From Alphaproteobacteria bacterium (GTDB lineage Bacteria; Pseudomonadota; Alphaproteobacteria; MPNO01; UBA830): a stretch of DNA of 64,000 nucleotides. The stretch spans positions 416,001 to 480,000 of the forward strand of contig OZ251539.1 in the NCBI GenBank assembly GCA_965243135.1, in the 5' to 3' direction. Below, in pieces: positions 30,790 to 41,464 of the stretch. Numbering within the stretch: the stretch's first letter is position 1; the number at the start of each line of letters is the position of its first letter. Below the pieces are notes generated by a model, which saw only the letters and a list, made by a program, of their open reading frames with translations, searched no databases and was not told where the DNA came from. The translations under genes and the position numbers were made by a program.

Positions 30790-33249
30790 TGAGAGGTGAT
30801 ACCCGTGTATGAGTGACGCGGAGACCAACTCCCTGAGAACGCTGCTGACGGTGCTGGCACGCATTTGCGCTGCGTTCCGGATCTGCCGCTGAGAAAGCGG
30901 GCTGTCGGCAAGCAGGCTGCGTTGGCGAGGCGACGTGTCGGGCGCTTCGGAGGCGGCCTCGACGATCTGCAGCGACAGGACCGGCGTCTCGCGCAGAGCG
31001 ATCTCGTCAGGGCTTGCGGAAGCCCGATGCTCGACAGTCAGCAAACGCTTCTTGCGTCGTAGGTTGGAGTCGCCCCAAGCGTGCAGTTCGGAAGAGCCGC
31101 GCAACGCCTGTCCGCCTCGCGCATGGGCGCTCTTGCGGGCATGGTGGACGAGGACGATGGCGGCGTCGAAGTTGCGTTGCAGGTCGCGGAGACAGGCAAG
31201 CAACGGCGCGACTTCGCCGGCGGCATTCTCGGCGGTGGAGGCGAACCAAGGGGCCCAGCAGGCGTGGCCGGACGCGGCGAACCGTCAGGCGCTGCCTGTC
31301 GTCGGCCAGGTCGAGGCGCACGGCGGGAACGTCGATCACGTCGATATCGAGGTTGTCGAGGTCAGTGCCGGCGGCTCTCGCGATACCGTCAAGGCGCTCG
31401 CGAACGACATGGCCGGCATCTTCGGCGGCGAACAGCAGAACGCGGCCGGAAGGGGTGTGAATCTCATATTGCCAAAGTCAAGTTTTCCATTGTCAGGCTG
31501 CGATGGCCTCCTGATCGTCGTTCGCGATGCTTGCTCCGACCATTGCTTGCCATGCCGAATCGGTCTGACTTTATCAATGCCCTGAAGGTGAGGACGTTCT
31601 GACCGCATGCTCCAACGCGCCCGTTTCATGCGCTGGTTGACCAGCACCTTGTTGGCGGCTTCGACAACACCCGACCCGATCGTGTAACCCATGGCATTCA
31701 GGGCCGCGTAACGCATGCGGCGCCTGTGCTTCTGGAAAAACCTGAGTTCGCGTTCGAGATCCTTGAGTGCCGTCGCAGTCGTCGCCTTGTCGCGAAGATG
31801 GCGGATCGCCCGAATGACCTTGTCGATACCGTTGGCATCGTCGCGCAGGATGGCACGGTACTTGTCGTACCAATCGGTTGCGACGGTCGGCGACGTCGCT
31901 GAGATGTTCGCATGCATGGAAGAAATCGATCGCCCGCTCGTCGGGCTGAAGCCTCTCAAGAAACGTCCAGTTGTCGGCTGCGGCGTCGGCGACAGCGACG
32001 AGTTGAAGATCGGGTCTCACTTTCCGGATGTGGGCGACCTCTTCCGCGATCTGCGCTTTCAGCGTTACCTTGCCGGCTTCCGGCATAAAAATACAATGTT
32101 TCCAAGCGATTGCCGTCCGCGTCATGGAAACTGACCGTCCCGCAAGACGCTTCGCGCCAGCATGCTTCTTCGCGCCCGTTGGGGCGAAGCGCAACCCCAT
32201 CGAGCGAGACAGCGAAAGAAACCGCCTCCGTCGGCACCGGTTTCGCCTTCCGGATTTCGTCCATGGCCGCCTCGCCTTTCTCCTTCCAGAGATCGCCCGC
32301 CGTAACCAAAAGACGTTGCAGATGGCTCGTCGACGGGTTCATGCCCCCCAGTTTTTCGAAGAGTTTGACCGCGTCTCTCGGCGTACAGTGGTCCATGATC
32401 AGGAGAGCGCGGTAAGCGGCTGGAACCGTGAGATAACCGTCGACCAGCCCCAGGCTTTCATCGACCGGCGAGATGGACGAACTTCCCGAATGCAACCGCG
32501 AGCGGGAGAACGTGACAGGACCGAACAATGTGTGGATGGTCTTTTGCGTCGGTGCAGCCCGGTAGAAAACCTGACCCTCCCGGCGAACCGGGCCTTCCTC
32601 CACGTCCCGCGCTTCAATGTAATCGCCTACGGCCGCCCGGCAGATCGCGTAGGTATGCTGGAACAACTCGGTTTCGAAACCGGCGAACGCCTCGGAACCC
32701 TGATCTTGTCGTTCCACCCACTCCTGGATGAAGGCTGCGGCTGACTGGAATGCCTCGGCAGTCGCCGCGGGGAGCTTCGAGAAATCGATGGACAAACCGG
32801 CCGAAGGCTGTAATGCTGGCATGGGAATGCTCCTGATGTTGTGGTTTGATGCCAACATTTTACCGCATCTTGCGGCTTGGAGCATTCCTTTTTTCGCGCC
32901 CCCCCCCCCCGCCATCGTGACAAAATCCGCGCCCGGTTGTCACGAAATCGCTGATTTTGGCCTTGAAGCGCTATCGCGCAAACTTTGTTAATCCTTAAAA
33001 ATCAACACCTTATAGATTTTTCAATTTGGCAATATCAGATTTGCACCCGCCGGAAGCGGCGGGGAAGCGCCGCAGACAGGGCGTGCCGGTCGCGACGGCG
33101 ACTGCGAGGTCGAGAGCGAGGAAAGATTTGCCGCATTTCGGCTCTCCGATGCCGACCGCCTGTTCGCTCCACAGCTGTTCGACGAGCCAGCGCCGCTCCT
33201 GCGGTTGTTCGGCGAGCTCCGCGGGCCGACGGGTGGGGAAAGCATTCAT
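30790..33249 (-). pseudogene. AAA_25/RepA-like ATPase-helicase, interrupted by IS copy 2
   Basis: RWLVEQLW...GEPKCGKSFLALDLA before the IS; VLLFAAED, IVLVHHARK and LRGSSELHAWGDS after it. Confidence 0.85.
31453..33048 (-). mobile_element. ISKra4-like IS, copy 2 (least decayed)
   Basis: Same IRs as copy 1; 8-bp direct repeat gccggaag (31445-31452, 33049-33056); 1596 bp. Confidence 0.92.
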
Positions 33250-34010
33250 GATCGCGCTCCCCTGCGTTTGTCGGGCGTGAAGATCTCGAAGAACAGTTTC
33301 TCGTCGAGTTCGGTGATCTCGCGCTCGGCGGCAGCGGCGAGCAGACTGTCGGCCATCCTGGTGAGGGAGCGGTAGTTGCCGGCGGCATGATCGCAAAGGG
33401 CGTCCTTGAGGCTCTGCGTCATGAGATTCGGGTTGCCGGCTTGCTCGAGGAGGTGGTTGAGGCAGGCGGCGAGTTCTTTTCGTTCGGCGTTGGCCAGGCG
33501 TTGGGCGGGACTCCAAGGGCTGCAACTCGTCGCGCTGCAGCTTGTCGGTAAGGCGCGCATCGCCCGCCAGCACGATGCTGAGAATGGATCGGGAGTCGAA
33601 CTCGGTGGCGGCAAGCAGGCGCAGTTCGCCGAGCACTGCGGGCTGAAGTTCCTGCGCTTCGCAGCAGGACGGGACGCGCCGCTTCGAGGTGGTCCTGCCA
33701 ACGCCCGCGCAGCGCCTTGAAGCCGCCCCTTATGGGGGCGCAACGGCGCCTCGAACAGTTCGCCCGCGATAGAAGTCGGCGAGATTGGACGCGTCAGGGC
33801 GGCAACCACCGTGGTTGCGCGTCAGCCGGTTTGCAAGCAGCCGCAGAACCACGCTCTTGCCTGCGCCTGGTTCGCCGACGGCGAAGCCGCCGTCGCGGCG
33901 CTCTTCGACCCGCCAACAGAAGCTTTCGACCCGTGACGTGACGAACAGTGCCTCGACCGGCAGGCGAGAATGGGTTCCATTTGAGGCCGTGAAGGGAAAG
34001 CAGTCTACGT
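33246..34010 (-). pseudogene. ExeA/TniB-like AAA ATPase
   Basis: GEPGAGKSVVLRLL; ELRLLAATEFDSRSILSIVLAG; LCDHAAGNYRSL; frameshifted. Confidence 0.8.
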
Positions 34011-35361
34011 TTCCATGTCCTCGTTGCTTGGAAGGAAGGCAGGGGGCAGGCCGGTCGCGGCCGCGTCGTCCAGGATCTGTTTCAGCAGCGGCGCCCCTGC
34101 CGCTGGCGTGGGATCCGTGTCGACCGGCCGCACATGCCGGCGTTCGCCGTCGGCATTGGCGTTCTTGTCGAGCGGGTAGAGCGCGCACAGCCAGGTTCTG
34201 TGCCTGGGATCGACGAGGTCGATCGTCGACAGGTCCCAAGATGCGAGGTGAAGATCCCGCATGTGGCGGTACTGCGACGGCACCTCGCACGCCTTCAAGC
34301 GATAGCGAGCCGTCGCCGCGCCGCTGTCGGCGTATCGCTCCGGTGCGGAACGCGCGCCGCAGCGCCGGGAGGACATTCGCGACCAACGTGGGGGCTTTCA
34401 AGGAAACGGGTTGTCGGCGTGGCGCCGAGTTCCCGGTGGACACGGTTGTTGTAGTCTTTCTGAACCCACGCTTGGGTTGCATCGTTGAGCTGCGCCAGAG
34501 AAAGCGAGTCGACGCCTTGCAGCATCGCCAGCAGGCGACCCTCGATAATCGACCAAAATCGTTCGGCTTTGCCGTTCTGGTTCGGAGAATAAGGCAACGT
34601 GGTGGCATGCAGGATGCCGAGCTCGTGCAGCCCGTCCCGCACCTCGCCTGCGGTCTCCGCCTTGCCGTTGTCGGTCGCCCGCGGCAAGCCGTGTTTCATC
34701 AGTGCCTGCGACAGGCCGTGCACGAAGTTCTGCGCGGTTTCCCCGAGATACCACTGGAGATGACAGGCGAGGCGGGAGTGGAGGACGGCCAGCAGCAACG
34801 GCGTCCGCCATTGCCCTCGCTTGTCAAGCACGCGGAGCGAGCCGTGATGGAAGTCCGCATGCCACAGGCCGTGGGTATGTTTCGTAACTGCGTATCTCGC
34901 ATTGTTCGCGCCGCGCCGCCGCCGCTGCTTCTCCTGCCCGCCTCGGCCGCCGCTTGCGCTGTAGCCCGTGCGCCCGCATGTAACGCGCCAAGGTGGCGTA
35001 AGACGGCAGCGGGCCAAGCGACGGGTCGTTCTCCACCAGTGCATTGAGGTTGTCGTAATGCAGTTGCGCCGACCAGTCGGGATGTTGTTGCGCCTGCAAC
35101 GCTAGCGGCGCGAACAGCGTGCGCGATCGCCCGGCACCGTACCCGGCGGCGGAGAGCGCCGACCGGGCGGCCCGTCGCGCCTGCCAGCGTTCAATCGTCA
35201 CGAAGGAAAACCGCGTCGGTGCGCCGGTCACGCCGCCACTCCTGTCGCGCCAGCCGCTCGACCTCGACGCGCAGTCCCCCGTGCGGCGGCGGCGCCGCCA
35301 GCAAAGGGCCAACGACGGCAAAGCGCAGCCGCGCCCACCGACCTTCGTCTTGTTGCTTCAC
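34005..35361 (-). pseudogene. DDE integrase-type (Mu/IS481-like) transposase
   Basis: RWARLRFAVVGPLLAAPP; LWHADFHH; DNG; PYSPNQNGKAERFW; YNNRVHRELG; many indels. Confidence 0.85.
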
Positions 35362-35395
35362 TTCTGTCCGCTCCCGTTTGGTGAGGACGCGGACC

Positions 35396-35900
35396 CTAAA
35401 TTCCCCTCCTCAATCGCAGAAGACGGCAAGTTCTGCGGGCGCGCCATCGCCAAACTTGCTCGTCAACGGCGACAGCCGCTGCAGAAGAGCCATCTGTGAA
35501 TATCTCGACCAGCGATAGCGGAAGTATCTTCGGCGGTTCCGGAAGACGAGCACGCAGCTTGCGCCACAGGGAGGTCTCGACAAAGACCTCGCGCCACCAG
35601 CGCCGCCACCGCTGAAGCGTGCGTTTGTCGATGCACAGACGATCAACGACCGACCGGAACTCGGGACTTCGCTTCCCCTGCGACATGGCTGTCAGGAACA
35701 TGAAGACGAAAGCTACGTACACCCGCCGCGTACCGCACCGAGGGCGGCGTGACGCGCCGACGGCACCCCGCGCAACAGAAACTCAGACGCCGCGCTCCAG
35801 CGATGAGCGGTCGCTCAACGCCGCGAGGCTTTCGCGGACGCGGCATGCAGATTGCCGCCGCAGTGCGGGCAGGTACGGGCCGCCAGGTCCTCGTCTATGC
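35396..35900 (-). pseudogene. Cys-rich/HTH small transposon ORF
   Basis: PRKPRG...RLSFCC.GCRRRVTPPSVR...IDKRTLQRWRRWWRE. Confidence 0.7.
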
Positions 35901-36338
35901 GTTCGAGAAAAGCCCAGGTTGTGGAGTCGACGGGAAAATCGTGGGACAATGGTCATGTCTTCTGGGTGGTCATGAACCCGGAAGACACCCCCTCGGCACT
36001 TGTCTGGCAAGCTCGCCGAGGGGGATCCTCAAATATTTTGATTAAAATCCACAGGAAACATGTGCATATCCCTGCACAGCCACAACAGCGTTCCCGCTGA
36101 AGCGGTTTCCAAGCGCCTCAAGAGATCTGCGCACGAAGAGGGTGATGTCCTCGCCTTGCCTGCGCGAGCGCAGACTCCCGAACCGGCGAGAGCTGGGGAC
36201 AGGTTCTGTCTTGAGCGCAAATGCCGCGAGCCTGCCTGATTTTTGGATTCTCGCTTTCGTAGTGTATAAGAGCGGCTTTCGCGGCGGCCGTTCCTGTCCC
36301 CCTCCCGGCCGTCAAGCGCAGAAATTGGAGGACAGCCG

Positions 36339-37679
36339 ATGATCGCGAACACAGAAGCTCCCAAAAAAGCAAACGCAGCGCCGACGAAGGAATTCTTCGT
36401 CCGAATGATAACCAAGGACATCTCCTTGGAAGACTGCATTCTCGATCTGGTGGACAACTGCCTGGATGGAGCGAGGCGCGCCCATCGGGCTAGAGACGGC
36501 AATGACAACACCGAAAAACCATATGACGGATATTACGCTAAACTGACATTCGATGGCGATGGATTCACGATCAAGGACAATTGCGGCGGAATCAGTATGG
36601 AAAACGCCATCGATTATGCGTTCCGGTTCGGCAAACGTCCGGGTGGACCCGCAGACTTGGAGGCTTCTATTGGTCTCTACGGAATAGGTATGAAGCGTGC
36701 CGTGCTCAAGATCGGGAAGAGTATCGAGGTCCGGAGTTCTACGGAAGTGGAGGCGTTCTTGTGCACTATATCCGTGGATGAATGGCTAGAGCATGACGAT
36801 TGGGAATTCGACATGGATAACGCGAAAGTTTCTGAAATCTCCGGGACTACGATACGAATCCAAGATCTGTGCCACGGCATCGAAAACGAATTCAGCGATG
36901 CCACTTTCACGAACCGTCTTACCGCTATTACGTCGCGAGATTACGCGCTTTTCATTGAGAAAGGATTTAAGATCACAATAAATGGAAAGAACGTTCGGGC
37001 ACACAAGTATACTGTGAGGCGGAGCAACGATTTCGTACCTCTTCGCAAGATCTATAACGATGGAGACGTTCGAGTAGAGATTTTTGCGGGTATGGTCGCA
37101 CTCCCCAATGATGATCGCAAGCCTTTCGACAGAACGGCAACGACAACCCACGGATGGTACGTTCTATGTAATGACCGCGTAGTGCTTGCGGCGGACAAAA
37201 CGGAACGTACGATATGGGGCGTCGCGGGCTGTCGAAGATGGCATCAGCAATATCACGGTTTTGTGGGGATGGTGCTTTTTTACGCTGACGATCCGAGTCT
37301 GCTGCCTTGGACCACGACGAAACGCGGAGTAGACCTCGGCTCGCCTTTATATCGCAGAGCAGTATTGGAAATGAGAAAAGCGACCGAGCCGTGGATTAGG
37401 TACACGGGCAGTCGCAAAAATAATCTTGAAATGGCAAAGGAACTGGAGCGCGGTGCGGGGCCAATTAGTATACTCGAAATACCTACAAATGCAAGGTTTG
37501 GCGTCCCGGAAATTCAGACTGATGATAAAAATCCCATGGTAAAAATTCGCTATGAAAAAACCCGAGATCAAGTGAAGAAGGCGGCAGAAGCCCTCGGTAA
37601 TACGCAATTACCGAACAAGAAAATCGGAGAGAAAACCTTCGAGTATTTTCTGGAAAACGAGACTGATTGGGAGCAATAA
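36339..37679 (+). CDS. GHKL (MORC-like) ATPase
   Basis: ILDLVDNCLDG, IKDNCGGI, IGLYGIGMKRA and GTTI; S5-like GWYVLCNDRVV and LPWTTTKRGVD; GGAGG RBS. Confidence 0.88.
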   Translation: MIANTEAPKKANAAPTKEFFVRMITKDISLEDCILDLVDNCLDGARRAHRARDGNDNTEKPYDGYYAKLTFDGDGFTIKDNCGGISMENAIDYAFRFGKRPGGPADLEASIGLYGIGMKRAVLKIGKSIEVRSSTEVEAFLCTISVDEWLEHDDWEFDMDNAKVSEISGTTIRIQDLCHGIENEFSDATFTNRLTAITSRDYALFIEKGFKITINGKNVRAHKYTVRRSNDFVPLRKIYNDGDVRVEIFAGMVALPNDDRKPFDRTATTTHGWYVLCNDRVVLAADKTERTIWGVAGCRRWHQQYHGFVGMVLFYADDPSLLPWTTTKRGVDLGSPLYRRAVLEMRKATEPWIRYTGSRKNNLEMAKELERGAGPISILEIPTNARFGVPEIQTDDKNPMVKIRYEKTRDQVKKAAEALGNTQLPNKKIGEKTFEYFLENETDWEQ

Positions 37680-37680
37680 T

Positions 37681-38640
37681 GTGTCGTCCTCCGAGCGAAT
37701 AAATTACGCAATCAGGCCCAACAAGGCGATAGAGCGAAAGCTGATGTTCGAAACCCTTGCTGGTCTCATGCCGATTTGCCCATTTAAAGAATATCGGTAT
37801 ATCGGGTTTGGTTCATTGTGGTTTGTCGATTTCATTCTTGCACATAAAACCCTGTCCATAGACGACATGATTTCCATTGAAAGTAACCCCGATATAGCAG
37901 GCCGCGCAGATTTCAACAAACCGTATCGTTGCATTAGTGTACGAGAAGGAGAATGCAACGGTGTGTTACATGAGTTATATGAAATCGATCACGAAGAAAA
38001 GCGTAATTTGGCTTGGTTGGATTACGACGGTAGTCTCAGCGAAAGTATATTGGATGACTTGGAAATTTTATGTAGAATGTCGATGAGCGGCAGTGTTTTA
38101 ATTGTAACACTTAACGCCAATAAAAATAACCTGCCAAAAATAGATGATGACGGGCAACAGATTCACGGCTTGCAGGGTCGGTTGCTAGCTGCCGTTGGGA
38201 AGTTTAAGAATTTAGTCCCGACCGGCACGAATTTCAAGATTGAACCGTATCGGAAATTTTTGGCGTCTTTGTTGTTGGATCATATGGAGAGTTTGATAAG
38301 ATTCACCGGACAAAAATGTCTACCCTTGTTCAATATTTCATATGCCGACGGTGCGCCCATGGTGACGGTCGGGGTTATCATTGCCGATGAGAAGCTGTTT
38401 GAAGCCGTTCAGTCGAAGTTGAATCAACCAAGCCCCTTGGGTCCAATGGACAGAAATACCCAGGTCTCGATTGGCGTTCCAATGTTGACTTGGAAGGAAA
38501 AAATGGAGTTGGATAAAATGATGCCTAGTTCGCACGAAATCCCAGCCGCGGATTTGAGGTTTCCTATAGATGAAGATAAGATTGAGGACTACCGGCGTTT
38601 CTATAAACATTTTCCAATTTACGGCGAGATCACGATATAG
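37681..38640 (+). CDS. Putative SAM-dependent (O-)methyltransferase-fold protein
   Basis: INYAIRPNKAIERK, YIGFGSLWFVDF, MISIE and AWLDYDG; starts 1 nt after the ATPase stop. Confidence 0.7.
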   Translation: MSSSERINYAIRPNKAIERKLMFETLAGLMPICPFKEYRYIGFGSLWFVDFILAHKTLSIDDMISIESNPDIAGRADFNKPYRCISVREGECNGVLHELYEIDHEEKRNLAWLDYDGSLSESILDDLEILCRMSMSGSVLIVTLNANKNNLPKIDDDGQQIHGLQGRLLAAVGKFKNLVPTGTNFKIEPYRKFLASLLLDHMESLIRFTGQKCLPLFNISYADGAPMVTVGVIIADEKLFEAVQSKLNQPSPLGPMDRNTQVSIGVPMLTWKEKMELDKMMPSSHEIPAADLRFPIDEDKIEDYRRFYKHFPIYGEITI

Positions 38641-38959
38641 CAGCGGCCGGGCGAGGGCGCAGGGTCGATGAATCAACTTACCGATATGTGTTGGCGATGT
38701 CGTGACGTGCGTTCACATTTTCGCATCATAATCGCTGCTGGTTGTTATCAGTCTTTCTCTGTCGATTGTCGTTGGTTCGGAAAACATTCGGTGAGTGATT
38801 TTCAGGGAATTCTCGAGTCCGTGGGTCGGGGATAATGGACGCCTTGACGCCTTTGCCGACCCTACCGATTCATTCGGGAGGTTTCGGCGGCACGCTAGGT
38901 GGTCACAGGCAGGGCTGGTGCCCGTCGCCCCAACCTGGTCGGCTCCTCACAGCCATTGA

Positions 38960-39330
38960 GCGAGGCGACCCCGATCTCGCCACCATATTGGCATTCCCGG
39001 ACGGTCGCAGCTCGCCAGCGGGCGTCAGGAAGCGCGCGGCGGTCCCTCTGATCGCGCATCCCGTTGGCGTAAAGCTTGATCTTCCAGAAATCTGTCCGGG
39101 TCGCCAGCGTAGTCTCGCGTACCGGTCCGTGGGATGGCGGTGCAAGAAACAGCCATGAACGAAGCCGACCGCACGATGGAAAACCGGGCGTGCCGGAAGC
39201 CGCCTGTCATGAAGACGGTACCGAAATCCGCGTGCGTGCGGCTTTTGGCGCAGGATCATCTCGGGACGGGTGTCCTTGCCGCGAACGGCCGCGCATGATG
39301 GCCGCCGTTCGCGGCAAGGACACCCGTGTC
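38960..39330 (-). pseudogene. vsr: Vsr (very short patch repair) endonuclease remnant
   Basis: AAVRGKDTRPEMILRQKPHARGFRYRLHDRRLP...FVHGCFLHRH...DFWKIKL. Confidence 0.8.
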
Positions 39331-39834
39331 TGCGATTGCTGATCGCCGCTACGGATTTCTCGCGACGAATTTCGTGGGATATATGGTCGTGGTCAACCTT
39401 GTCGCCATCGTCGGCCTCTTTTTCGGCTCCGGAAGGCTTTTCCGATTGTCGCGGGCTGCGCGGGGGAAACACGCTGCAACGCCGAACTGTCCGTCGAGAA
39501 AGATCCATCGGCATATGGGATCCTCCTGCTCCGAGCCCTTCTGCAGAAATTTGACGGCAATTTTCCATCAGGGTATTATGACTTCCTGAGCTACACTGGA
39601 ACTTGGCGGACCGAGGTTCTTATCGGGTAACTGTGCCGATGACTTGGACTGTGGATGGAATGAAATTCTAATGCGGGAGCGGAGAACGCCTTCTTCCCGA
39701 ACTCAGCTTGCGGCTTGTAACTTAGTTATGCTATGCTTGAAGCGATGGATCGCCGCAACTCCACCACCTCGGATATCTCGGCGCTTTTACAGGATTCATC
39801 AAGACGAGCTTCGAGAAACAAGAGGAATCCTGTA

Positions 39835-40665
39835 ATGCCGGAAATATCCAAAGATAGAGCTGTAGAACTCATTAGGCACCAGCTCGATGAGATCCCGGAA
39901 GTAAAGGCTATCGCTCTGACCCGCGAAGCCTTACCTCCGCCTCTCGGAATGGTGACGGCGATTTTTGGAATAGGTAGTAAATTTTATAAATGGCACAGAA
40001 GTACGCTAGTTTGTATTTCCAAAATTTTTGGAGAACGTTCTGAACATTACAAAGAATTGTTGTCAATAAAGTTCCTTCCAGAGTCTTCAAGTTCCAGCCA
40101 AGAACAAAAAAGAGAGGCGCTCGATGTCGGTTTGAATCAAACCGCGGGGATCCTTGAGTCGATGATTGAAGAAATACAGAATTATTGGGACAAGGAACAA
40201 CCTTCCGTCGTTCGGATCAAAAACAGTTCTCAATCGAAGCAAATTTTCGTTGTTCATGGAAGGGATGAAGGCATAAAAGAGACCGCGTCGAGATTTTTAC
40301 GACAACTGAACCTCGAACCGATTATATTGGACGAGCAGGCTAGTCGCGGCGCAACAATCATAGAAAAATTTGAGCGACACACGAATGTCGGATTTGCCTT
40401 AGTGTTATTAACTCCCGATGATGAAGGCTCCCTTCGGGGAGAAGACATTAATCCTCGAGCTCGACAAAATGTCATTTTTGAACTGGGCTTTTTCCTAGGT
40501 TGTCTCGGAAGGGGGCGTGTCATCGTCTTGAAACGGGGTGAAATTGAAATTCCGTCGGACTACACGGGAGTTCTATATATCGAATTGGATGATAACAATG
40601 AATGGAAAATGGCTCTCATCAGGGAACTGAAAAGTGCAGGATGTGAGGTGGAGGAGAGCGGATAA
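39835..40665 (+). CDS. TIR-like nucleotide-binding domain protein (CAP12/Pycsar effector-type TIR)
   Basis: IFVVHGRD, TIIEKFE, LLTPDDEG, RARQNVIFELGFF and IPSDYTGVLYI; GAGGA RBS. Confidence 0.9.
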   Translation: MPEISKDRAVELIRHQLDEIPEVKAIALTREALPPPLGMVTAIFGIGSKFYKWHRSTLVCISKIFGERSEHYKELLSIKFLPESSSSSQEQKREALDVGLNQTAGILESMIEEIQNYWDKEQPSVVRIKNSSQSKQIFVVHGRDEGIKETASRFLRQLNLEPIILDEQASRGATIIEKFERHTNVGFALVLLTPDDEGSLRGEDINPRARQNVIFELGFFLGCLGRGRVIVLKRGEIEIPSDYTGVLYIELDDNNEWKMALIRELKSAGCEVEESG

Positions 40666-40799
40666 AGTTTATCTTCTTCTCCCCAAATCTTCTCGGGTTT
40701 TCTAAAAAACAGAACAGCTCATCCGTAGTCTTCTGAGCGTCGGCCGCAGGCGTTAACTGGGAAGGGGATGAGGCGTGGCTGACTGGTTGAATAGGATGG

Positions 40800-41257
40800 T
40801 CTTGCCAAGCTGAAGGCGTGGATTGAACACGGATTGACGCCCCTGCATGCGGCGGCGATGCTCAGGGAGGACAAAATTCAGCTTGACATGGCGCTGCCTA
40901 AATCATGCGATGGCGACCGCCTAGACTGAACGCGGATGGACGCCCCTGCAATTCGCGGACGGGTACAACGAGCACTCTTCCACGGTGGGGATACTGCATG
41001 ATCCGTTGGGTGATACTAGTCCGCGCGGGCATCGCAGGAGGCTTCTGAACGCCCGGGATGAAGACGGATCGACGCCTCTACATTTGGCGGCGGCGTTCAG
41101 CGAGACCCCTTCTGTGGTGGAGAAGCTGTTGGAGGCGGGGGCGAATCTCAAAGCGAAGAACGCAAAAGGCAGGATCCTCTATGATCTTGTCTCCGACGAT
41201 TCTCCCTTCAAGGGAACTGATGTTTATTGGTGGCTCCACGAAGGGAGCTTCGAATAA
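40800..41257 (+). pseudogene. Ankyrin-repeat protein remnant (paralog of 23129..24013)
   Basis: GLTPLHAAA, GSTPLHLAAAFSETPSVV; C-terminus KGTDVYWWLHEGSFE matches KGTEVYWRLNDARFE. Confidence 0.8.
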
Positions 41258-41464
41258 CGACCCGATCATCCTGCGGCGGCCAGGTTCGGGAAGGAATCGC
41301 AACGAACCCGGCGATTCCCGCTAAAGCCTGAAACTGCAGAACGAAGGATACGGTAAAGAGCTCGCATAGCGGCTGCCCATGGTGCTGAAGGAGACGTTGC
41401 GGTCCTTTGGACCGACAATCGTGCGGCGACTGACCGTTCGTAGGCTGTCAATTCGGTTGTTTAA

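Larger units (their letters stand above)
30560..36084 (-). mobile_element. Four-gene DDE/AAA transposon (decayed), carrying an inserted IS
   Basis: Flanked by acagcgt (30553-30559, 36085-36091); removing it restores MTase RYSV-PAEAVSKR; near-terminal TG...CA. Confidence 0.75.

Noticed and set aside
32846-32850. TTGAT deletion as evidence of TnpB or IS200/IS605 activity
   Set aside because: Only one deletion is TTGAT, and no tnpA/tnpB gene is in the window.
39835-40665. CBASS, Pycsar or Thoeris system
   Set aside because: No cyclase, SIR2/Macro or other partner gene is visible.
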